Assembly (NCBI GenBank): GCA_036378185.1
Contig: DASUWX010000012.1
Coordinates: 2,890 to 66,889, forward strand
Source of the DNA: Streptosporangiales bacterium
GTDB lineage: Bacteria > Actinomycetota > Actinomycetes > Streptosporangiales > WHST01
DNA: 64,000 bases
Direction of reading: 5' to 3'
Shown here: positions 36,257-46,986 of the stretch, one piece after another
How the letters are laid out: each line of letters begins with the position of its first letter
Numbering within the stretch: the first letter of the stretch is position 1
Program-made: the position numbers and the translations under genes
The notes under the pieces: generated by a model
What the model was told of the DNA's origin: nothing
The model's database searches: none
What the model saw: only the letters and a program-made list of their open reading frames with translations

Positions 36257-37345
36257 ATGCCGAACAAGGTGCTCGTCACCGGAGCCAGTGGCCTGCTGGG
36301 GGTCGCGGCGATCGAGAAGTTCCTGTCCGCCGGCTGGGACGTCGTCGGCGTATCGCGCCGCAGGCCGAGCCTGCCTAGCGGCCGGGAGATCGAATTCCTG
36401 TCCGTCGACCTGCGCGACGCCGACGCCACCCGTGCCGCGCTCGAACCGCTGACCGACGTGACGCACATCGCGTACACGGCCCTGCACGAGAAGCGCGAGC
36501 TGGTCGAGGGCTGGTCGAGCAGGGACCAGATCGACACCAACAACGCCATGCTCCGCAACGTGCTCGAACCGGTCGTCCGCAACGCCGAGGGCTTCCGGCA
36601 CATCAGCATCCTGCAGGGAACGAAGATCTACGGTGTGCACCTGCACCCGATCCCCATCCCGGCGCGAGAACGGGACGCCGTGGCCGACCACGACAACTTC
36701 TTCTTCGACCACGAGGAATACGTGCGTGAGATGGGCGCGAGACATGGTTTCAGCTACACGGCACTACGCCCGCAACTCGTCGCCGGCGCGACCCCGGGCG
36801 CGTTGAACGTGCTGCCCGCGATCGGCGTCTACGCCGCCATCCGCCGCGAGAAGGGCGAGCCGTTCGGGTTTCCCGGTGGCCCGTCGTTCGTCTGGGAGGC
36901 GGCCGACGCCGACCTCGTCGCGGACGTGATGGTGTGGGCCGCGCAGTCACCGCAGGCGGCCGACGAGGCGTTCAACATCACCAACGGCGACGTGTTCGAG
37001 TGGCGCAACCTGTGGCCGGCCCTCGCCGAGACGCTGGGGGTCGAGACCGGGCCGGACACGCCCCTCAGCGTGGCCGCCTATCTCGCGGAGAACGCCGACG
37101 TCTGGGAGCGGGTCGCCGCGAAGTACGACCTCCGCTCACGTGACCTGCGGGAGTTGGTGGGCCGCGGGGACCAGCACGCGGACTTCGCCTTCGCCTACGG
37201 CGCTCCGGAGGGCCCGCGCGCGTTCGTGAGCACGGTCAAGCTGCGCCAGGCCGGGTTCACGGAGACGACCGACACCGAGGTCTCGTTCCGCAACGCCCTG
37301 CAGACGCTCATCGAGCAGCGGCTGCTCCCTCCGGCAGCGAAGTAG
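36257..37345 (+). CDS. NAD-dependent epimerase/dehydratase-type SDR
   Basis: ATG 36257 follows GGGAAAGAGAGAG. Rossmann motif VLVTGASGLLG. Extended SDR length. Confidence 0.8.
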   Translation: MPNKVLVTGASGLLGVAAIEKFLSAGWDVVGVSRRRPSLPSGREIEFLSVDLRDADATRAALEPLTDVTHIAYTALHEKRELVEGWSSRDQIDTNNAMLRNVLEPVVRNAEGFRHISILQGTKIYGVHLHPIPIPARERDAVADHDNFFFDHEEYVREMGARHGFSYTALRPQLVAGATPGALNVLPAIGVYAAIRREKGEPFGFPGGPSFVWEAADADLVADVMVWAAQSPQAADEAFNITNGDVFEWRNLWPALAETLGVETGPDTPLSVAAYLAENADVWERVAAKYDLRSRDLRELVGRGDQHADFAFAYGAPEGPRAFVSTVKLRQAGFTETTDTEVSFRNALQTLIEQRLLPPAAK

Positions 37346-37381
37346 CCCGGGCGGCCGGGGCCGCGTGTCGGACCGCCCGGG
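37346..37381 (+). terminator. Hairpin after the SDR gene
   Basis: CCCGGGCGG...CCGCCCGGG: 9-bp stem and 18-nt loop, immediately after stop 37345. No U-tract. Confidence 0.35.
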
Positions 37382-37553
37382 TGGGGAGCTCGTAACGCTC
37401 GCCTCCCGGGCGGTTCTCGCTCGCGTGCCTATCTCGGCATGTGAGACGGCCGTCGCGGCGGTTGGTAACGGTTCGATCTGCCCATTGCCCAGAGGACGGA
37501 CCACGCGGAATACTGTCCGCCGGTAAGAGATCATCGGGCAGGAGCAGCTTACG

Positions 37554-39350
37554 GTGGAAAACCTCCGGCATCGCGTTTCCTTTCGTCCCCTGAGAGCCTG
37601 CGCGCTGCTGGCGGCCGCCGCGATCGTGCTCGTCGCATGCACCGGCGGCAACGGCTCCAAGCAGAACGGCAACGTCGCGACGGTGGCGCTGACCGCGGGT
37701 GAGGCGCCGACCTACATCCTTCCGTCCGACCCGAACTGCACCGCGACGAACCACTACGACCTGCGTGCCCTGCTCTACCGGCCGCTGTACTGGTACGGCG
37801 GCGTGCCGGGCAAGGAGTTCGAGCGCAACGACGAGCTCAGCCTCGCCGAGCCGCCGGTCTACAGCAACGGCAACAAGCAGGTGAGCGTCACGCTCAAGGA
37901 CTACAAGTGGTCCGACGGCAAGCCCGTGACGAGCAAGGACCTCAAGTTCTACTTCGACCTCTACAGCGCGAGCAAGAAGGACTGGGGCTGCTACTCGCCG
38001 GGCAGCGTCCCCGACAACATCAAGAAGGTGCAGATCAAGGACGACAAGACGGTCGTCCTCACCCTCGACCAGCAGTACGCGCCGACCTGGTTCACCGTCA
38101 ACGCGCTCGCCGACATCGCCCCGATTCCCGAGCACGTGTGGGACAAGACGTCGGCGGACGGCAAGGTCGGTGACTACGCCAGCACGCCGTCGGGCGCGAA
38201 GAAGGTCTTCGACTTCCTCACCGCACAGGCGAAGAGCCCGGACAAGTACGACTCCGACCCCTTGTGGGGAGTCGTCGACGGCCCCTGGAAGCTGCAGAAG
38301 TTCGACCCGCGCGGCGACATCGACTTCGTTCCCAACAAGAACTACTCGGGCCCGGACAAGCCGAAGCTCTCGAAACTCGTCGAACGGCGTTTCACCACCG
38401 ACCAGGCCGAGTTCGACGCACTGCTGTCCGACCAGTCGATCACGACCGGCTACATCCCGAGCCAGGACTCCAGCCGGAAGCGGCAGGTGACCGACCAGGG
38501 CTTCACGGTCTACCAACAGGGCAACTTCGGCATCAACTACATCACGCTGAACTACCACAGCAACCAGCACGGCCCGTTGTTCAACCAGCTCTACATCCGG
38601 CAGGCGCTGCAGCACATGATCGACGAGCCCGAGTACGTGAAGGTCGCGTACAACGGCAACGCCGAGCCGATCAACGGCCCGGTACCGATCAAGCCGGCCA
38701 ACCCCTACGCCTCGGCGTACGAGAAGTCGGTGCCGTACCCGTACGACCCCGGCAAGGCGGTCGCGCTGTTGAAGTCCCACGGCTGGACGGTGAAGCCGGA
38801 CGGCGTGAGCACGTGCGCCAAGCCGGGCACGGGGGCGGACCAGTGCGGCGCCGGCATCTCCAGCGGTGACAAGCTGCAGTTCACCCTCGACTACAGCAAG
38901 GACGTGTCCTCCGACCGCTCGATGGAGGCGTTCCAGTCGTCCGCCGCCAAGGCCGGCATCAAGATCACCCTCCGCGCGGGGACGTTCGACCACGCGGTGT
39001 CGATCACGAACGACTGCAAGCGCGGCTCGCAGGACTGCAACTGGGACGCGGTCGGCTGGGGCGGCTGGCACTTCGGTCCGTATCCGACGGGTGAGGACCT
39101 GTTCGCCACCGGCGCCTGCCAGTGCGGCTACAGCGACCCGAAGACGGACAAGCTCGTCGCCGCCACCAAGACCCAGGGCGGGCAGCAGGCGATGACCGAG
39201 TACGAGGACTACGTCGCGAAGACGCTGCCATACCTCTGGCTGCCGCGGGCGCAGGGCGGTCTGAACGTCGTACGTTCCGACGTGAAGGGATACGACCGGG
39301 ACAAGCAGTCGCTGTTCGGCTACAACTACCCGCAGTACTGGCACTTCTGA
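37554..39350 (+). CDS. Peptide/nickel-type ABC substrate-binding lipoprotein (family 5 SBP)
   Basis: Lipobox IVLVACTGG. ~600 aa with the family 5 pattern (LYRPLYWY, KWSDGKPVT, NYSGPDKPK). Confidence 0.9.
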   Translation: MENLRHRVSFRPLRACALLAAAAIVLVACTGGNGSKQNGNVATVALTAGEAPTYILPSDPNCTATNHYDLRALLYRPLYWYGGVPGKEFERNDELSLAEPPVYSNGNKQVSVTLKDYKWSDGKPVTSKDLKFYFDLYSASKKDWGCYSPGSVPDNIKKVQIKDDKTVVLTLDQQYAPTWFTVNALADIAPIPEHVWDKTSADGKVGDYASTPSGAKKVFDFLTAQAKSPDKYDSDPLWGVVDGPWKLQKFDPRGDIDFVPNKNYSGPDKPKLSKLVERRFTTDQAEFDALLSDQSITTGYIPSQDSSRKRQVTDQGFTVYQQGNFGINYITLNYHSNQHGPLFNQLYIRQALQHMIDEPEYVKVAYNGNAEPINGPVPIKPANPYASAYEKSVPYPYDPGKAVALLKSHGWTVKPDGVSTCAKPGTGADQCGAGISSGDKLQFTLDYSKDVSSDRSMEAFQSSAAKAGIKITLRAGTFDHAVSITNDCKRGSQDCNWDAVGWGGWHFGPYPTGEDLFATGACQCGYSDPKTDKLVAATKTQGGQQAMTEYEDYVAKTLPYLWLPRAQGGLNVVRSDVKGYDRDKQSLFGYNYPQYWHF

Positions 39351-39354
39351 CGGC

Positions 39355-40308
39355 ATGGTCTTCTTCCTGGCACGGCGGGCGGTGCAGGCTCTGCTCGTCA
39401 TCGTCATCGTGTCGATCGTGACGTTCCTGCTCAGCCGGCTGCTGCCCGGCGACCCGGCCCGTGCCATCCTCGGGCTGCACGCGACCCACGCGCAGCTCGA
39501 GGCGTTCCGCCAGGAGCAGGGCTACGACCACCCGCTGTTCGTCCAGTACTGGGACTACGTCAGCCGGCTGCTGCACGGCGACCTCGGCTTCTCGTACAAG
39601 CAGAACGAGAGCGTCGTCGCACTGCTCGGGCAACGGCTGCCGCCCACCGCACTGCTCATCGGGCTGTCCATCGTCGTGGCGGTCGTGCTGGCGGTCCCGC
39701 TGGGACTGCTGCAGGCCACGCGTCGCTACACGCCGCTCGACTACGGCCTGACGGGCGCGTCGTTCGTCTTCTACTCGATGCCGTCGTTCTGGCTCGGCGT
39801 GCTGCTCATCACGATCTTCGCGGTCTACCTCAGGCTGCTGCCGTCGGGCGCGCCGCAGGGCTCGGTCCTCAACGTGCTGGCGCATCCGGCCGGGCTGATC
39901 CTGCCGGTCGCCACGCTGGCCCTCGTCACCGTCGCGGAGTTCAGCCGGTACATGCGGTCCTCGACCCTGGACAACCTCGGCGAGGGCTACGTCGACACGG
40001 CCCGGGCCAAGGGCGCCTCGGAACGCCGCGTCCTCTACCGCCACATCATGCGCAACGCGCTCGTCCCCATCGTCACGCTGCTCGGGCTCCGGCTGCCGCA
40101 CATCCTCGACGGCGCGCTCATCACCGAAGGCGTGTTCAACTACCCCGGGATCGGGCGGCTGTTCTGGGATGCGACGCAGTCGCACGACTACTCGATCCTG
40201 CTCGGAGTGACGCTGATCGTCTCGGTGGCCACCGTCGTGGGCTCACTGCTGGCGGACGTCGTCTACGCGGTCCTCGACCCTCGGGTGCGGTATGTCAAGC
40301 CACGCTGA
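39355..40308 (+). CDS. ABC transporter permease (DppB/OppB-like)
   Basis: N-terminal FLARRAVQALLVIVIVSIVTFLL and YVDTARAKGASERRVLYRHIMRNAL EAA loop. Confidence 0.9.
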   Translation: MVFFLARRAVQALLVIVIVSIVTFLLSRLLPGDPARAILGLHATHAQLEAFRQEQGYDHPLFVQYWDYVSRLLHGDLGFSYKQNESVVALLGQRLPPTALLIGLSIVVAVVLAVPLGLLQATRRYTPLDYGLTGASFVFYSMPSFWLGVLLITIFAVYLRLLPSGAPQGSVLNVLAHPAGLILPVATLALVTVAEFSRYMRSSTLDNLGEGYVDTARAKGASERRVLYRHIMRNALVPIVTLLGLRLPHILDGALITEGVFNYPGIGRLFWDATQSHDYSILLGVTLIVSVATVVGSLLADVVYAVLDPRVRYVKPR

Positions 40309-41200
40309 CGCATCGGTTCACCAAGCTCCTGCCGGCGGCGAGATCCCCGGCAGGAAGGGCCTGTGGCGGCTCGTGCTCGAGGTCTTCATGGAGCACCGCG
40401 GTGCGCTCGTGGGCGTCGGCATCGTCGTTTTCATGGTGCTGTTCTCGTTCGTCGGCCCGCTGCTGTACCACACGGACCAGGTACACACGAACCTCGCGCA
40501 GGCGAGCCAGGCGCCGAGCAGGGCACACCTGCTCGGCACGAACGAGGTCGGCTACGACCAGCTGGGCCGGCTCATGCTCGGTGGGCAGACGTCGCTGGAG
40601 GTCGGGTTCGCGGCCGCGATCCTCGCCACGGTCATCGGCACGCTGTGGGGCGCCGTCTCCGGGTTCACCGGCGGCGCGCTCGACGCCGTCATGATGCGCG
40701 TCGTCGACGGGTTCATCGCGATACCGACGCTGTTCCTGCTGCTCTACCTCACCACGGTGTTCCAGGCCAACACGGCGATGCTCATCCTCGTCATCGGCTT
40801 CGTCGCCTGGCTGGGCCCGGCGCGGCTGGTCCGCGGTGAGGCGCTCAAGCTGCGGGTGCTGGAGTACGTCGACGCGGTACGGATGATGGGCGGCAGCCGG
40901 CGGCGCATCGTCGGGCAGCACATCATCCCCAACACGATCGGCACCGTGATGGTCAACATGACCTTCCAGATCGCGGACGCGGTACTGGCCGTCGCGGCGC
41001 TCAGCTTCCTCGGCCTCGGCATCCCGCCGCCCGCCGCCAACTGGGGCGGCATGCTCTCCGACGGGATCAACTACAGCTACGCCGGGTACTGGTGGCTCAT
41101 CTACCCGCCCGGGCTGGTCATCGTCCTCACCGTCGCCGCGTTCAACTTCATCGGTGACGGGCTGCGGGACGCGTTCGAGCAACGGCTGCGGCGCGACTGA
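40292..41200 (+). CDS. ABC transporter permease (DppC/OppC-like)
   Basis: YVDAVRMMGGSRRRIVGQHIIPN EAA loop. Start overlaps the upstream gene by 17 nt. Confidence 0.9.
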   Translation: MSSHADASVHQAPAGGEIPGRKGLWRLVLEVFMEHRGALVGVGIVVFMVLFSFVGPLLYHTDQVHTNLAQASQAPSRAHLLGTNEVGYDQLGRLMLGGQTSLEVGFAAAILATVIGTLWGAVSGFTGGALDAVMMRVVDGFIAIPTLFLLLYLTTVFQANTAMLILVIGFVAWLGPARLVRGEALKLRVLEYVDAVRMMGGSRRRIVGQHIIPNTIGTVMVNMTFQIADAVLAVAALSFLGLGIPPPAANWGGMLSDGINYSYAGYWWLIYPPGLVIVLTVAAFNFIGDGLRDAFEQRLRRD

Positions 41201-41221
41201 ATCCGGGGGTGCGGACCCGGC

Positions 41222-42808
41222 TCAGCCGCGGCGCCCGTTGAGCGCGCGTCCCGCGAGGCGGCCGGTGAACACGCCGTCCCGGATCGCCGCCTCCCCGTTG
41301 ACGACGACGTCGGAGACGCCGACGGACAGCTGGTGCGGGTCGGCGAAGGTCGCGCGGTCGGCGACCGTGTCCGGGTCGAGGACGACGATGTCCGCGAAGC
41401 TGCCCTCGGTCAGCTCGCCCCGCCCGGTGAGGCCGAGATTGGCGGCGGGCAGCCGGGTCATCCGCTCGACGGCCTCCTGCAGGGTGAGCAGCTTCTCCTC
41501 GCGGACGTACCTGCCGAGCACGCGGGTGAACGAGCCGTAGGCGCGTGGATGGGTCGGCGAGCGGAGGAAGACTCCTTCGGGCGCCATCGACGACCCGTCG
41601 GACCCGATGCTCACCCACGACCTGCGCAGCTGTTCCCGCAGGTTGTCCTCGGACATCGACGCGAAGGCGACGCTGACCCGGGACCGGTCGTCGCGGATGA
41701 GATCGAGCGCGGCGTCGACCGGGTCGGTGTTCTTCTCCTCCGCGACCGCGGTGAGGGTCATGCCCTGGTACCGGCGGTTCTCCTCGCGCTGCACGCCGAG
41801 GATCAGCACGCCGTCGGCGTTCTCGGCGCCCTCCCAGCGTCCGCTGTCGACGAGCGCCTGCCTGATCTCGCTGCGCGCCGCGGGATCGGCCAGGCGGTCG
41901 TAGAGGGCCTCGGACCCGCCTTCGTGGAAACGCTGCGGTATCACGCTGTTCAGCCCGGTCGAGCTGGACGTGTACGGGTAGACGTCCGCCGTGACCGGAG
42001 CGCCGTCCGCCCGTACGCGCTCCAGCAGCTCGAGCGCGTCGGTCATGAGCGGCCAGTTCGCGCGTCCCGACGCCTTCAGGTGGTAGATCTCGGCCGGTAG
42101 CCCGGCCTCCTTCGAGATCCGGAGCAGCTCGTCGATGGCGGTCAGCAGGCCGGCGCCCTCGTCGCGCATGTGCGAGATGTACCTGCCGCCGTAGGACGCG
42201 GCCACCTCGCTCAGGGCGATGAGCTCCTCGGTCGAGGCGTAGCTCTCCGGCGGGTAGATCAGGGCGGTCGCGAGACCCAGGGCGCCGTCGGCCATCTCCT
42301 CGGCGAGAACCCCGCACATGGTGTCGAGCTCCGCCGCGGTGGCGGGGCGGTCGTCGTAGCCGACGGCGTACGGCCGCAGTGTGCCGTTGCCCACGAACGA
42401 CGCGACGTTCTGCGAGCAGCCGCGCTTCTCCAGGTGGGAGAGGAACTCCGAGAGCCGGCTCCAGGTCACCTCCAGCGACAGGTGCGCGTTGCGCCGCTCC
42501 AGCTCCCGCTTCGTCGCCTCGGTGAGCGGGCCCATCGCGCCCCCCTCGCCGAAGACCTGCGTGGTGACGCCCTGGGTGAGCTCCCCGAGCGACCTGCCGT
42601 CGTAGAGCATGCTGAAGTAGGAGTGGCTGAGCACGTTGATGAACCCGGGCGTGACCGCCTTGCCCGTCGCGTCGATCCGGGTGCCGGCCTCGACGTCGCC
42701 GAGCTGTCCCACCGCCGCGATCCGGTCGCCGGCGACGGCGAGGTCCGCACGCACCGGGCCGTCGCCGGCGCCGTAGACGGTTCCGCCGTGCACCACAAGG
42801 TCGTACAT
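41222..42808 (-). CDS. N-acyl-D-amino-acid deacylase (D-aminoacylase) family amidohydrolase
   Basis: [14 protein letters not shown]...IDATGKAVTPGFINVLSHS, with the C-terminal DIVVLDPDTVADRATF...GV pattern of the family. The usual N-terminal HxH appears degenerate (NVLSHS). ATG overlaps the upstream stop (ATGA). Confidence 0.8.
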   Translation of the reverse strand: MYDLVVHGGTVYGAGDGPVRADLAVAGDRIAAVGQLGDVEAGTRIDATGKAVTPGFINVLSHSYFSMLYDGRSLGELTQGVTTQVFGEGGAMGPLTEATKRELERRNAHLSLEVTWSRLSEFLSHLEKRGCSQNVASFVGNGTLRPYAVGYDDRPATAAELDTMCGVLAEEMADGALGLATALIYPPESYASTEELIALSEVAASYGGRYISHMRDEGAGLLTAIDELLRISKEAGLPAEIYHLKASGRANWPLMTDALELLERVRADGAPVTADVYPYTSSSTGLNSVIPQRFHEGGSEALYDRLADPAARSEIRQALVDSGRWEGAENADGVLILGVQREENRRYQGMTLTAVAEEKNTDPVDAALDLIRDDRSRVSVAFASMSEDNLREQLRRSWVSIGSDGSSMAPEGVFLRSPTHPRAYGSFTRVLGRYVREEKLLTLQEAVERMTRLPAANLGLTGRGELTEGSFADIVVLDPDTVADRATFADPHQLSVGVSDVVVNGEAAIRDGVFTGRLAGRALNGRRG

Positions 42809-44928
42809 CAGGCCTCCGGACTCGTCGAAGTGGTGGTTGTCCGTTCCGGGACGGCGCGTACCTCGAGCGGGAAGTGACAGGCCGTGCGGTGTCCCTCGGG
42901 GCCGACCGGACGCAGTTGCGGCTCCTCGCGCGCGCAGATCTCCTCGGACAGCGGGCACCGGGTCCGGAACCGGCACCCCGACGGCGGGTGGAGTGCGCTC
43001 GGCAACTCGCCGGCGACTCCCTCCGCCCGCTTCGCCTTCTCCCGCCACGGATCGGCGACCGGGACGGTGTCGATCAGGCCGCGGGTGTACGGGTGCCCGG
43101 GGTGCTCGTAGACCGACGTGGCCGGGCCGATCTCGACGAGCTTGCCGAGGTACATCACGCCGATCGTGTCGGCGACGTAGCGGACCACCGACAGGTCGTG
43201 CGAGATGACGACGTAGGTGAGCCCGTGCCGGCGCTGCAGGTCCTGCATCAGGTTGAGGATCTGCGCCTGGATCGACACGTCCAGCGCGGAGACCGGCTCG
43301 TCGGCCACCACGAGCCTCGGGTTCAGTGTGAGTGCACGCGCGAGGCCGATCCGTTGCCGCTGGCCGCCGGAGAACTCGTGCGGATACCGCTCGACGGCCC
43401 GGCGGGGGAGCCCGACCTCGTCGAGCAGTTCCGCAACCCGCCTCTCCTGCGCCGCGCGCGAGCCGATCTGCTGGATGGCGAGGGGCTCACGGACGATGGC
43501 CCCGACCCGGCGGCGTGGGTCGAGCGAGGAGTACGGGTCCTGGAACACCAGTTGCACGTCGCGGCGGATCCGCCGGGCCTCCTTGCGGTCGAGCCGGAAG
43601 AAGTCCTTCCCGTCGATGCGCACCGTTCCCGACGTGGGCCGCTCGAGGCCGACGACGAGCCGTCCGATGGTCGACTTGCCGCACCCCGACTCGCCGACCA
43701 GGCCGAGCGTCTGCCCGTGCGTCACGTCGAGTGTCACGTCGGCCACCGCGGAGACGGTGCCCACCTTGCGTTGCAGTACCGCACCGGCGGTGACGGGGAA
43801 GTCCTTGACCAGACGGTCGAGTTCGAGCAGCTTGCCCGCCTGCCCGACCGGGCCGCCGGCCGGCACCTGCTCGGCGCCGGCGTCGCCGTCGAGCAACCGC
43901 GAGCGCACGCTGACCGGCCGGGACGCACCGCTCGTCTCCGGGCGCCCGACGGGATGGATGCAGGCGAACAGGTGGCCCGGCACGTCTCCCTGCAGCTGCG
44001 GGTCGGTCGACCGGCACTCGTCCGTGGCGTAGGTGCAGCGTGGCGCGAACCTGCACCCGGCCGGTGGATTCGTCAGGTCCGGCGGCAGTCCGGGGATGCT
44101 GTACAGCTTCCGTCCCGTCTCCGCGGCGTTCTCCGGGAGGCCGGTGAACAGCGCCTCGGTGTACGGGTGCCTGGCGTTGCCGAACAGCGCCTCGGTGTCG
44201 GTGGTCTCGACGACCCGTCCGGCGTACATCACGGCGACGCGGTCGGCCCGCCCGGCGATGACGCCGAGGTCGTGGGTCACCAGGATCACGGCCATGCCGA
44301 GCCGCCGCCGCAGGTCGTCGATGAGCTCGAGGATCTGCTTCTGGATGGTGACGTCCAGCGCGGTCGTCGGCTCGTCGGCGATGAGCAGCTTCGGCTCGCA
44401 CGCCAACGCGATCGCGATCATCACGCGTTGCCGCATGCCGCCGGACAACTGGTGCGGGTAGGACCTCATCACCTCCCGCGGTTGCGGCATGCGCACGAGG
44501 CCGAGCGTCTCGACCGCCCGCTCGTACGCGGCCCGCTTCGAGACGTCGCGGTGCAACCGCACGGCCTCCGCCACCTGCGCACCGATCGGCATCGTCGGGT
44601 TGAGCGACGTCATCGGGTCCTGGAAGATCATGCCGATCTCGTTGCCGCGGACGCGGCGCATCTGGTCGTCGGAGAGCGCGGTGAGCTCGGTGCCGTCGAG
44701 CACGATGCGGCCGCCGGTCACGTGGCCGCCGGGCGGCAGCAGGCGCAGCACCGAACGGACGGTCATCGTCTTGCCCGACCCGGACTCGCCGACGATGCCG
44801 AGCGTCTCACCAGCGTGCACCTCGAGGCTGACGCCGTCCAGCGCGTGCACCGCGCCGCGCCGGAGGTTGATGCGCGTACGCAGGTTCTCGATGGACAGGA
44901 GCGCGGACTCCGGGTACGTCACCGTCAC
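42808..44928 (-). CDS. Fused double ABC ATPase (DppD-DppF-like)
   Basis: Two Walker A motifs ([17 protein letters not shown]), two LSGGxRQR signatures, and two oligopeptide C-terminal Cys-containing tails. Confidence 0.9.
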   Translation of the reverse strand: MTVTYPESALLSIENLRTRINLRRGAVHALDGVSLEVHAGETLGIVGESGSGKTMTVRSVLRLLPPGGHVTGGRIVLDGTELTALSDDQMRRVRGNEIGMIFQDPMTSLNPTMPIGAQVAEAVRLHRDVSKRAAYERAVETLGLVRMPQPREVMRSYPHQLSGGMRQRVMIAIALACEPKLLIADEPTTALDVTIQKQILELIDDLRRRLGMAVILVTHDLGVIAGRADRVAVMYAGRVVETTDTEALFGNARHPYTEALFTGLPENAAETGRKLYSIPGLPPDLTNPPAGCRFAPRCTYATDECRSTDPQLQGDVPGHLFACIHPVGRPETSGASRPVSVRSRLLDGDAGAEQVPAGGPVGQAGKLLELDRLVKDFPVTAGAVLQRKVGTVSAVADVTLDVTHGQTLGLVGESGCGKSTIGRLVVGLERPTSGTVRIDGKDFFRLDRKEARRIRRDVQLVFQDPYSSLDPRRRVGAIVREPLAIQQIGSRAAQERRVAELLDEVGLPRRAVERYPHEFSGGQRQRIGLARALTLNPRLVVADEPVSALDVSIQAQILNLMQDLQRRHGLTYVVISHDLSVVRYVADTIGVMYLGKLVEIGPATSVYEHPGHPYTRGLIDTVPVADPWREKAKRAEGVAGELPSALHPPSGCRFRTRCPLSEEICAREEPQLRPVGPEGHRTACHFPLEVRAVPERTTTTSTSPEA

Positions 44929-45062
44929 CTCCAGGCGATGGACGACCAGTCACATCGATGCGTGCAGGGCGACTCTATCGGGTCGTAAGGCTCGGTATGG
45001 CCGGTCGGACATTACGTTCCGTCCCACTGCCGCCGGTGCGACGCGACGGCCACCACCGGGGG

Positions 45063-45995
45063 TCAGCTCCGCCGGTCCGTCCGCCTGCGGAGCTCGTTGG
45101 CCTGGCGGATGACCGCCCATGCGTCCGCGACCGGGCCGACGTGCCCGAGCTTGTCCGGGTTCAGCACCGCGCGGATCGCCTGGATCTGCCCGTCGCGTAT
45201 GTCGAGCGCCACGGTGCTGATGACCTTGCCGTCGCGGTCGCGGAAGACGGCACCCGGCTGGCCGTTGACCTCGTGCGGTTCCGCCACGACGCCGATCCGG
45301 AGTGACGGCGGGACCATCGCCGCGAGCACCCGGGAGACGTTGCCGGCCCCGAAGACGCCGTCGCCCCACCGCGGGGCGTTGCCGCCGCTGTCGCCGACCA
45401 TGGACACGTCGGCGGCGAGCAGCTCGCGCAACCCGTCGACGTCGCCCTCCTTGAACGCGTCGAAGAAGCGCGCGGCGAGCTCCTCGCGCTCCCTCCGGTC
45501 GGCCTCGAACCGTGGGCGGCCCTCCTCCATGTGCCGACGCGCCCGCACCACGAGCTGGCGGCATGCCGCCTCAGAACGGCCGACCGCGGACGCGACCTCG
45601 GAGAAGTCGAACCCGAACACCTCGCGCAGCACGAAGACGGCGCGCTCGAGCGGGCTCAGCCGTTCCAGCAGCAACAGCGCCGCCATCGACACGGAGTCGG
45701 CCAGCTCGGCCGAGCGCTCCGGGTCCTCGTAGGGGTCGGTGAGCAGCGGCTCGGGGAACCACGGCCCGGCGTACTCCTCCCTGCGGACGCGGGCCGAGCG
45801 CAGCACGTCGATCGAGATCCGGGTCACCACGGCGGAGAGGTACGCCTTGACCGAGGCAGGCTCCGTCGGCGACGTCTCGTAACGCAGCCAGGTCTCCTGG
45901 ACGGCGTCCTCGGCCTCGCTCACGCTGCCGAGGATCCGGTACGCGATCGCGAACAGCAGCGTGCGCAGCTCCTCGAACTCCTCCGACCTGGTCAA
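45063..45995 (-). CDS. ECF sigma factor with fused C-terminal SnoaL-like domain (ECF41/SigJ-type)
   Basis: Sigma-2/sigma-4 regions (LFAIAYRILGSVSEAEDAVQETW; LSPLERAVFVLREVFGFDFSEVA) plus WFPEP, GDSGGN and NPDKL motifs. TTG 45995 overlaps the upstream stop (TTGA) after GGAGGAG. Confidence 0.85.
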   Translation of the reverse strand: MTRSEEFEELRTLLFAIAYRILGSVSEAEDAVQETWLRYETSPTEPASVKAYLSAVVTRISIDVLRSARVRREEYAGPWFPEPLLTDPYEDPERSAELADSVSMAALLLLERLSPLERAVFVLREVFGFDFSEVASAVGRSEAACRQLVVRARRHMEEGRPRFEADRREREELAARFFDAFKEGDVDGLRELLAADVSMVGDSGGNAPRWGDGVFGAGNVSRVLAAMVPPSLRIGVVAEPHEVNGQPGAVFRDRDGKVISTVALDIRDGQIQAIRAVLNPDKLGHVGPVADAWAVIRQANELRRRTDRRS

Positions 45996-46927
45996 GTCAA
46001 CTCCTCCTTGAAGCCCAGTCGCCACGACGGATAACGCAGTTGCCAGCCGAGCTCCCGCTTCGCCTTGGCGTTGGAGAAGCCGCGTCCCTCGGTCATCATC
46101 GTCACCGCGACCTCGCCCGCCAGCAGCCGGGCCAGCCACTTCGGCACCCGGATCGGCGGTTTGGCACCGGCGCACTCGGCCAAGTAGGGGAGCCACTCGC
46201 TGGCCGGGGCCGGTTCGTCGTCGACGATGTTGTAGATCCCGGTCGCATGCTGCTCGACGGCGAGGACGGCGGCACTGGCCGCGTCGTCCAGATGCACCCA
46301 CGAGCACCAACCGGTGCCGCCCCCGACGAGGGGGAACTGCCGCTTGCGCACGAGCTCGACCTGGTCGTCGGTGGCGCCGGGCCCGTAGAGCCCGCCGTAC
46401 CGCAGCGCGGCCCCACCGGCCTTGACGACCACGTCCTCGAGGTGGCGGATCGCCTCCATCACCGGCTGCGCGGCCGTACCCAGGTGCAGGTCCAGCGGGT
46501 CCTCCTCGGTCTTCACCCACCCGCCCTCGCGGATCCCGTTCCAGTTGGCATAGCTCTGCGCGACGAAACGGGACACGCCGGTCGCCTCGGCCGCGGCCAG
46601 CAGATGATCCGTGCCCTCGGTGCGCAGCCGGTTGGTCGTGGCGAACCACCTGTCGATGTGCCGCATGTCCGGCTTCCTGCCGCCGCCGATCGCGGTCATC
46701 TGGTGCACGATCGCGTCCGGCCGGGCCCTCGCCACCGCCTCACCCACCGACGCCGCGTCCAGCGCGTCCATCAGCACCGCCTCGGCCCCGAGTTGGCGCA
46801 GCAGGCCCAGCTTGCCCGCGTTCGTCGTCGTCGCCGTCACCTCGTGCCCTCGGGCCACGAGCTGCGGCACCAGCCGGCGCCCCACGACTCCGGTCCCGCC
46901 CGCCACGAACACCCGCACGTCAGCCAC
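45992..46927 (-). CDS. NAD-dependent epimerase/dehydratase-type SDR (COE partner of the sigma factor)
   Basis: VFVAGGTGVVGRRLVPQL Rossmann motif. GTG 46927 follows AGGAAGGA. GTG 46918 is an alternative start. Confidence 0.8.
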   Translation of the reverse strand: MADVRVFVAGGTGVVGRRLVPQLVARGHEVTATTTNAGKLGLLRQLGAEAVLMDALDAASVGEAVARARPDAIVHQMTAIGGGRKPDMRHIDRWFATTNRLRTEGTDHLLAAAEATGVSRFVAQSYANWNGIREGGWVKTEEDPLDLHLGTAAQPVMEAIRHLEDVVVKAGGAALRYGGLYGPGATDDQVELVRKRQFPLVGGGTGWCSWVHLDDAASAAVLAVEQHATGIYNIVDDEPAPASEWLPYLAECAGAKPPIRVPKWLARLLAGEVAVTMMTEGRGFSNAKAKRELGWQLRYPSWRLGFKEELT

Positions 46928-46958
46928 CGTCCTTCCTGAGTCCGTTCCCAACAGCGGT

Positions 46959-46986
46959 GACGAGACAGCCCCGTCCCGGTGTGACA
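46959..46986 (-). promoter_or_regulatory. ECF41-type promoter candidate upstream of the epimerase-sigma operon
   Basis: The minus strand reads TGTCACA-N17-CGTC. A further TGTCACA copy sits at 47003-47009, 16 nt upstream. Confidence 0.5.

Noticed and set aside
33235-37345. AKR, LysR, crotonase and SDR considered as a small biosynthetic gene cluster.
   Set aside because: There is no core biosynthetic enzyme (PKS, NRPS, terpene synthase or RiPP precursor/maturase). It looks like a LysR-controlled catabolic or redox pair.
41203-41220. CCGGG-N8-CCCGG hairpin between the convergent permease and D-aminoacylase genes.
   Set aside because: The stem is only 5 bp, too weak to call a terminator without experimental support.
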